NCBI GenBank assembly: GCA_026415575.1
Contig: JAOAGV010000003.1
Coordinates: 17,616 to 81,615, forward strand
DNA length: 64,000 nucleotides
Reading direction: 5' to 3'
From: Candidatus Sumerlaeia bacterium
Lineage (GTDB): Bacteria; Sumerlaeota; Sumerlaeia; JADFCW01
The notes under the pieces were generated by a model. The model was not told the DNA's origin. It saw only the letters and a program-made list of their open reading frames with translations, and made no database searches. Below are positions 57,692 to 64,000 of the stretch, piece by piece (the stretch's first letter is position 1; each line of letters opens with the position of its first letter). A program made the translations under genes and the position numbers.

Positions 57692-58639
57692 ATGACGTTC
57701 GAGGAAAGCAAACCGGCTGTCGGAAACTCGGAACAGAGGAACGAATTTCGCGCGGGATTTGTGGCCATTGCCGGCAAACCCAACGTCGGCAAGTCCACAT
57801 TGATGAACGCGCTAATCGGCGCGAAAGTTTCGGCTGTGTCGCGCCGCCCGCAAACCACGCGCGAGCAGATCAAGGGCATCCTGACGCGCGACAACGGACA
57901 GATCGTGTTCGTGGACATGCCCGGGCTGATTCAGCCGCGCGACCGCTTCAACGAGTGCCTCATGGAGCAGGCCGTTGAGGCGCTGCGCGACGTGGACCTG
58001 CTCTATCATCTGGTCGAGGCCGACGACCCGGCGCCGCTGAGCCCCGAAGTGGCCGAATCTCTGGCGCGCGTCAAGTGCCCGCGTTTCCTTGTTGTCAACA
58101 AGATTGACCGCCTCGACAGGAATGCTCCGCGGGAAACTCCGGCCCTCTCGCAGATTGTCGCACACTACGATGAAACATTCTGGATCAGCGCCCTGACCGG
58201 ACAGGGCCTGCCGCAGCTGCTCGAACGCACAATGGCCCGCCTGCCGGTTCATCCACCCTATTATGAGGGGGATGAGCTGACGGACCGGGATGCGCGATTT
58301 TTGGCTGCCGAGATTGTCCGCGAGAAACTGTTCGAGCTCACCGGTCAGGAAGTTCCCTACTCCATTGCAACCGAATGCGAGGAGTTCAAGGAACGGGCCG
58401 AACAAAAACACTACATCCGCGTGAGGATTTACGTCGAGCGCGAGTCGCAAAAAAAGCTGGTCATCGGTGCCGACGGGCGGGTTCTCAAAAAGGTTGGCGA
58501 ACTGGCCCGCAAGGACATCGAGGCGCTCCTCGGCCATCCCGTTTATCTTGAACTGTGGGTCAAGGTTCTCAAGAACTGGCGCAAGAACGAAGCCGATCTT
58601 CGACGGCTCGGTTACAAGATTTCGCACTCGAAGAGGTGA
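57692..58639 (+). CDS. era: GTPase Era
   Basis: GFVAIAGKPNVGKSTL, PQTTR, DMPG, NKID, EVPYS, KH domain, YLELWVKV. Confidence 0.96.
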   Translation: MTFEESKPAVGNSEQRNEFRAGFVAIAGKPNVGKSTLMNALIGAKVSAVSRRPQTTREQIKGILTRDNGQIVFVDMPGLIQPRDRFNECLMEQAVEALRDVDLLYHLVEADDPAPLSPEVAESLARVKCPRFLVVNKIDRLDRNAPRETPALSQIVAHYDETFWISALTGQGLPQLLERTMARLPVHPPYYEGDELTDRDARFLAAEIVREKLFELTGQEVPYSIATECEEFKERAEQKHYIRVRIYVERESQKKLVIGADGRVLKKVGELARKDIEALLGHPVYLELWVKVLKNWRKNEADLRRLGYKISHSKR

Positions 58640-58648
58640 ACGGTTGCC

Positions 58649-60181
58649 ATGAAAATTGTGACTGCCGAACAAATGCGCCGCATTGACCGCATCACCATTG
58701 AGGAGCGGGGCATTCCCGGCGTCCAGCTCATGGAAAAAGCCGGCCAGGCTGTGGCCGATGCCGTATGCGAACGCTTCAGTCCCGACAGTGTGGCGGTCGT
58801 GACAGGCAAAGGCAACAACGCCGGCGACGGATTTGTGGTGGCGCGCATTCTTCACCAGCGGCGGATTCACGTGGTCGTCTTTCTTATGGCCGACCCGGAA
58901 GAACTTCGCGGCGATGCCAAAACGATGTTCGAGGCCCTTCCCGCCACCGTCCCACGCGTCCGGATCGAGGATGTCCGGCGATTGGCCGACGCCCTCCCGC
59001 GCTTCGATTTGATTGTGGACGCCATTCTCGGCACAGGCATTCAGGGCCCGGTCAAAGGACTTTTCGGCGAGGCCATCGAGGCGATCAACGCAACGGGGCT
59101 GCCTGTTGTATCCGTGGATATTCCATCGGGGCTGATTGCCGAAGGCGGGCCAATCTTGGGCCCGGTCATTCGCGCCGCTCATACGGTTACCATGGGGCTG
59201 CCGAAGCTGGGCATGCTCGTTCAGCCGGGCATCGCCTATACCGGCACAGTCAGCGTGGCGGATTTGGATTTTCCCGCGGATTTGCTCAATGACCCCAATA
59301 TTCATCTGAACCATCTGACCGGGAAAATGATCGCCGGTCTTTTGCCGCCGCGGCCGGCCGACGGCCACAAGGGCACGTTTGGCAGCGTGCTGATCATCGG
59401 GGGTTCGCCGGGAATGACCGGCGCGCCGGTTATGGCAGCGCGGGCGGCCATGCGTTCGGGCGTCGGGCTGGTTTTTTGCGCGGTTACCGAAGCGCTTCAA
59501 GGACAGATTGCCGCCCGCCTGCTCGAGGAACTGACGCTCGAAACTCCTTCGTCGGACAAAAGCCGCTTTGATCTTTCGTCGCTGCCGTCCCTGCTCGGTC
59601 ACATCTCCCGAATGGAGGCCGTTGCTTTGGGGCCGGGCATTGGTCGCGCCGAGCCGACGGAGATGTTTGTGCGGCGGGCCGTCGAGACCATCCCCGTGCC
59701 GCTCGTAGTGGACGCCGATGCGCTGAATGCGCTGGCGGGCCATCTTGAAGCAGTTCGCCAGCGCAAGGCCGCCACCGTTCTGACCCCGCATCCCGGCGAA
59801 ATGTCGCGGTTGACAGGGCAGCCGGTTGCTGAAATTCAGGGCGACCGCATTGGTGCGGCGCGCGCTCTGGCGGCCGATGTGCGGGCCGTGGTGGTTCTCA
59901 AAGGCGCGCAAACCGTGATTGCCGATCCCGACGGGGAAGTGTTCATCAACCCGACGGGCAATACCGGACTGGCCAAAGGCGGCAGCGGCGATGTGCTCAC
60001 CGGGCTGATCGCGGGGCTTCTGGCGCAAAGCGGAAATGCGCTTTCGGCCGCGCTGTGCGGAGTGTTCCTGCATGGTCTGGCCGCCGATCTGTGCGCCGAG
60101 ACCATCCCGCCCCGCACCATGATCGCCTCGGACGTGATCGCGAACATCCCGGCAGCTTTCTCATCTCTTGCCAAAATGTAA
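58649..60181 (+). CDS. nnr: Bifunctional NAD(P)H-hydrate epimerase/dehydratase (YjeF)
   Basis: GKGNNAGDG, DAILGTG, VDIPSG, HKGTFG, GPGIG, DADAL, TPHPGE, GGSGDVL. Confidence 0.95.
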   Translation: MKIVTAEQMRRIDRITIEERGIPGVQLMEKAGQAVADAVCERFSPDSVAVVTGKGNNAGDGFVVARILHQRRIHVVVFLMADPEELRGDAKTMFEALPATVPRVRIEDVRRLADALPRFDLIVDAILGTGIQGPVKGLFGEAIEAINATGLPVVSVDIPSGLIAEGGPILGPVIRAAHTVTMGLPKLGMLVQPGIAYTGTVSVADLDFPADLLNDPNIHLNHLTGKMIAGLLPPRPADGHKGTFGSVLIIGGSPGMTGAPVMAARAAMRSGVGLVFCAVTEALQGQIAARLLEELTLETPSSDKSRFDLSSLPSLLGHISRMEAVALGPGIGRAEPTEMFVRRAVETIPVPLVVDADALNALAGHLEAVRQRKAATVLTPHPGEMSRLTGQPVAEIQGDRIGAARALAADVRAVVVLKGAQTVIADPDGEVFINPTGNTGLAKGGSGDVLTGLIAGLLAQSGNALSAALCGVFLHGLAADLCAETIPPRTMIASDVIANIPAAFSSLAKM

Positions 60182-60424
60182 GATGCACCAACCCGCATTG
60201 GCGGCGTTCTTCTCCCGCGCGGATGTGTCGAAACAGGCGCCCCTTTGGACCGGCTGACCCCGGACGACCGCTTGCGCGTTTGCAACCGAAGTTGTTGGAA
60301 GAAATGCGGGCCGGCGCGTGAACTTTTCTTGCAATCCGCCGACCGCTCGCTTATATCGCAACTGTCGTGCGGTCGGGCACTCCCTGCCCTTCCGCGGCAA
60401 AATCCCGCCCCGCAGGGGGAGCGT

Positions 60425-61495
60425 ATGAGCGTTCAGAAACTGGTCGAGCGCGCCGTCGAGCAAAACGCCTCGGATCTGCACTTGCGAGCCGGCGAGGTGC
60501 CCCGTCTTCGCATAGACGGCGAACTGGCCGCCGTCGAACATGCCCAAGTCTCCGAAACCGACATGCGCGATTTCCTTTACGCAATGTTGACCAAGGAGCA
60601 GATCGAAAAGTTTGAACGAACGCACGAGCTGGACTACAGCTTCACGGTGGAGGATCTCTGCCGGCTGCGCATCAATCTGTTTGTGCAACGCGGGCAATTC
60701 TGCGCCTCGCTCCGCGTCATCCCCAACCACATCCCTTCGATGGAGGAAATCTATCTGCCGCCGGCCTGCTACGAGTTTGTCAAATGCCACAAGGGCTTGG
60801 TGTTGGTGACCGGCCCGACCGGCAGCGGCAAGTCCACCAGCTTGGCGGCCATGCTCGATCACATCAACGCCACGCGCCACTGCCACATTCTGACGATCGA
60901 GGACCCGATCGAGTTTGTCTATACGAACAAACTGGCGACGGTCAGCCAGCGCGAAGTCTCCCAAGACACCGGCAGCTTCGCCGCCGCCCTGCGTCATTCG
61001 TTTCGCCAAGACCCCGACGTGGTGATGATCGGCGAAATGCGCGACCTCGAAACCATGCAGGCAGCAATCACACTGGCCGAAACCGGCCACCTGACGTTTT
61101 CGACCCTTCACACGGGCGAGGCCTCGCAGACCATCCACCGCATCATTGACTCGTTCCCGCCCCACCAGCAAACGCAAGTGCGGATGCAGCTGGCGATGTC
61201 GCTCGAAGGGATTATTTCGCAAACGCTGGTGCCGTTGCGCGGACAGAAAGGGCGGATTGCGGCGCGAGAAGTGCTGGTCTGCACGCGCGGCGTCAAAAAC
61301 CTCATCCGCGAAGGCAAAATCCCCCAAATTGCCTCGGCGATGCAGACCGGCGCCGAGGAAGGCATGATCACCATGGATGCCGCCCTGACGGACTACGTGC
61401 AGAAGGGCCTGATCACCTACGACGTGGCGCTGGCGGCCTCATTCGACAAGCGGGCGTTTGCCGAGCGCTTCGGCCGGCGCGGCGGCTCGGTCTGA
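60425..61495 (+). CDS. pilT: PilT/PilU family type IV pilus retraction ATPase
   Basis: ASDLHL, TGPTGSGKST, EDPIE, RQDPDVVMIGEMRD, ETGH..FSTLHT, VKNLIRE; GGGGAG RBS before ATG 60425. Confidence 0.9.
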   Translation: MSVQKLVERAVEQNASDLHLRAGEVPRLRIDGELAAVEHAQVSETDMRDFLYAMLTKEQIEKFERTHELDYSFTVEDLCRLRINLFVQRGQFCASLRVIPNHIPSMEEIYLPPACYEFVKCHKGLVLVTGPTGSGKSTSLAAMLDHINATRHCHILTIEDPIEFVYTNKLATVSQREVSQDTGSFAAALRHSFRQDPDVVMIGEMRDLETMQAAITLAETGHLTFSTLHTGEASQTIHRIIDSFPPHQQTQVRMQLAMSLEGIISQTLVPLRGQKGRIAAREVLVCTRGVKNLIREGKIPQIASAMQTGAEEGMITMDAALTDYVQKGLITYDVALAASFDKRAFAERFGRRGGSV

Positions 61496-62206
61496 CGCCC
61501 CGCCGGCTCCTTCGTGCACCGCCCGCAGCTGCTTGTGCAGCACTTCCAGCGTTTCGACCACCCACGGGGCGTTCCATCGCGCAAAATCCTCGCGCGTAGC
61601 CTGTCCGGTCAGCACGCCGCAGAAGGCGACGCCGGCGTTGCGCGCCAGCTCGAGATCGGGCAGGCTGTCGCCGACCACGAGAACGCTGTCGCGCTTGACG
61701 CCGAACAGATTGATGACGTGATCGAGCAGGGCGGGGTCGGGTTTGCGGGGAAATTCGGACGACTCGCCTCGAATGAAATCCACGCGCGCGGCCAGCCCCA
61801 GTGCGGCGCAAATCCGCTGGGTCAGCGCGTCCACCTTGTTGCTCCAGATCGCCGTTCGGATGTTGGCCTGTTGCAACCATTCGAGCAGTTCAACCACGCC
61901 CGGATAGAGGCGGGTATGATCCGTCGGATGGCGTTCATAGTATTCGCGCCAGAAAACCACGGCGGCATCAGCGAAGGCCGCGCGGTCGGGTCCGAGGGCA
62001 CGGGCCATCAGTTCCCGCACGCCGCGGCCGACAAACTGCTTGATGGTTTCGGCGGGCAGCGTCGGACAACCGAACGCCATCAGGGCATGATTGGTCGCCT
62101 CGGCGATGTCCTTAAATGGATCGGCCAGCGTGCCGTCCAAATCAAAGGCCACCAGCCGGACGCTGCGCGGCATTGTCGGAGTATGTGGACTGTTGTTTGT
62201 TGTCAT
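61439..62206 (-). CDS. HAD hydrolase, phosphoglycolate phosphatase-like
   Basis: FDLDGTL, FVGRG, WSNK, KPDP, VGDS..D. Confidence 0.88.
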   Translation of the reverse strand: MTTNNSPHTPTMPRSVRLVAFDLDGTLADPFKDIAEATNHALMAFGCPTLPAETIKQFVGRGVRELMARALGPDRAAFADAAVVFWREYYERHPTDHTRLYPGVVELLEWLQQANIRTAIWSNKVDALTQRICAALGLAARVDFIRGESSEFPRKPDPALLDHVINLFGVKRDSVLVVGDSLPDLELARNAGVAFCGVLTGQATREDFARWNAPWVVETLEVLHKQLRAVHEGAGGASDRAAAPAEALGKRPLVE

Positions 62207-62426
62207 TCAACACCTCAACCTCGCACCCGTTTCACGCGTCAGACAGGCAAACCTGCCGCGTGCAAAAAAACAAGCCGCCAAACGAATGATGTTTTTATGC
62301 AGGCGAAATCAAGGGAATTCTCCCTCGGGCCATGTCTTGACATGCGCAACGCAATGTAGTGTCCTGCTCTCGATTTTGACGGGCGGAATCGAGCAAACTT
62401 TTTTCGCTCTCACGAACAGGTGAAAA

Positions 62427-64000
62427 ATGAACCATTCGCATCAACAGTCAAAAACGGTACAAAGCGGTATTCCCGCTTTCGACGAAGTGGTGCAGAACCT
62501 CCGGCTCGGCGACAACGTCGTCTGGCAGGTGGACCAGTTGCAGGATTATGTGTATTTTGCCGGGCCGTTTGCGCGGCAAGCCATCCGCGACGGCCGCCCG
62601 TGCGTGTATCTGCGTTTTGCGCCGCACCCACCGGTGCTTCAGCCGCAGCCGGGACTCGACCTCATCGAGCTCAATCCAGCCGAGGGGTTCGATCCCTTCA
62701 GCGCCGCCGTGCATAAGATCATCCGCGACCGCGGCCGCGGCGTCTGCTATGTCTTCGACAACCTCTCGTCGCTGGTCGAGGAGTGGGCGACCGACGAATT
62801 GCTGGCCAACTTCTTCCAAGTTACCTGTCCATTTCTGTTCGAGCTCGATACGGTGACTTACTTTGCGCTGACGCGCGGCCAGCACAATCCCGCCGCCGTG
62901 GCCCGCATTCGCGACACCACGCAAATCCTCATTGATGCCTATCATGTGAACGAAAAGTTCTACATCCACCCGATCAAAGTCTGGGACCGCTACTCCCCGC
63001 AGATGTTTCTGCCCCATGTCGTGTCGGACGACCGGTTCACGCCCGTTCTGCAAAGCGGCGACGCCAGCGCGGTGGCCGCCAGTGCACGGCGCCAACCTTT
63101 GCGCACGGACGCCCGCTCGATCGCCCCGTGGGACAGTGTCTATCGCCGCCTGATGCAATACCACGAATCGGGGGCCGACCTCGCCGAGCCGACGCCTGAA
63201 CTCACCGCGCTGCGTCAGGAATTTTCCCGCATGCTTCTGGGCAACCATCCGGAGTTCAACCGGATTGCCGACACTTACTTCACAATTGGGGACTTGTTCC
63301 ATATCCGCAGCCGGCTGATCGGTTCGGGACGGATCGGCGGCAAGGCGGCCGGCATGCTGCTGGCGCGGCGAATCCTGCTGTCCGAGCCGGGCCGCGTGGA
63401 CTTTTCCCAAATCCTCGAAGAGCACGACTCGTTCTTCATCGGCTCGGATGTGTTCTTCACGTTTTTGGTCAACAACGATCTGTTCCGGCTGCGGCTGCAG
63501 CTGTCGCGGAATTCCCAGATTACACACGAGGAATTCGAGGAGGTCGAACGGCGGTTCCTCGCCGGCGACTTCCCCCGCGACATTCTCGACCAGTTCCGCG
63601 AGATGCTTGACCACTTCGGCCAGGCGCCGATCATCGTGCGCTCGTCCAGCCTGCTCGAAGACAGCTTCGGCAACGCATTTGCCGGCAAGTATCGCAGCGA
63701 GTATTGCGCCAATCAGGGCAGCCCCGACCGGCGCCTCGAAGCGTTTCTACACGCCGTCAAACTCGTCTATGCCAGCGCGCTCAATCCCGATGCCCTGAGC
63801 TACCGGCGGCGGCGCGGTCTGGGCGACAGCGATGAGCAGATGGCGATTCTCGTGCAGCGGGTTTCGGGCACGCGCCACGGCCGCTATTTCTTTCCCCCGC
63901 TGGCCGGCGTGGCCTTCTCGCGCAATCTCTATGTCTGGACCAACCGCATTGATCCGAAGAAGGGCATCATCCGGCTGGTATTCGGACTGGGCACGCGGGC
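62427..64000 (+). CDS. PEP/pyruvate-binding (PPDK_N, PEP-synthase-like) domain protein, truncated by window edge
   Basis: Not in ORF track. Manual translation from ATG 62427: MNHSHQQSKTVQSGIPAFDEVVQNLRLGDNVVWQV...IGGKAAGMLLA...IIVRSSSLLEDSFGNAFAGKY...MAILVQRVSG...LVFGLGTR. Confidence 0.88.
   Translation, partial: MNHSHQQSKTVQSGIPAFDEVVQNLRLGDNVVWQVDQLQDYVYFAGPFARQAIRDGRPCVYLRFAPHPPVLQPQPGLDLIELNPAEGFDPFSAAVHKIIRDRGRGVCYVFDNLSSLVEEWATDELLANFFQVTCPFLFELDTVTYFALTRGQHNPAAVARIRDTTQILIDAYHVNEKFYIHPIKVWDRYSPQMFLPHVVSDDRFTPVLQSGDASAVAASARRQPLRTDARSIAPWDSVYRRLMQYHESGADLAEPTPELTALRQEFSRMLLGNHPEFNRIADTYFTIGDLFHIRSRLIGSGRIGGKAAGMLLARRILLSEPGRVDFSQILEEHDSFFIGSDVFFTFLVNNDLFRLRLQLSRNSQITHEEFEEVERRFLAGDFPRDILDQFREMLDHFGQAPIIVRSSSLLEDSFGNAFAGKYRSEYCANQGSPDRRLEAFLHAVKLVYASALNPDALSYRRRRGLGDSDEQMAILVQRVSGTRHGRYFFPPLAGVAFSRNLYVWTNRIDPKKGIIRLVFGLGTR

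Noticed and set aside
62337-62362. TTGACA...TAGTGT as a sigma-70 promoter
   Set aside because: The spacer is only 14 nt; insufficient support.

Overview
GC-rich bacterial chromosome segment with about 50 CDS. I found no rRNA, tRNA, CRISPR array or mobile element. The pilin-like protein family and overall gene content are reminiscent of Ca. Sumerlaeota (BRC1); this is recollection and was not verified. Housekeeping genes: serS, argS, fmt, rpoN, a glmM-like mutase, era, nnr, pilT-like ATPase and a glgC/glgD-like pair. Other blocks: a sugar ABC uptake unit; a surface-glycan block with four alkaline-phosphatase-superfamily paralogs among glycosyltransferases (16.3-26 kb); and a GntR-headed accessory island (29-40.4 kb). 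The island encodes a type IV pilin/pseudopilin-like protein flanked by three unrelated secreted proteins (LamG-FN3; duplicated domain-FN3; lamin-tail-CotH). All three end in the same motif, S-x-x-[TV]-x-R-W-[EQ]-x-Y. This is the best candidate for an undescribed system: a C-terminal sorting/display signal possibly coupled to a pilin-like filament. The island continues with a split UxaA/SuyAB-like dehydratase and an Ldh_2-family dehydrogenase. Degenerate 7-nt and 9-nt tandem repeats recur at many gene junctions and once as an in-frame insertion. All product calls come from visual motif recognition, not database searches.
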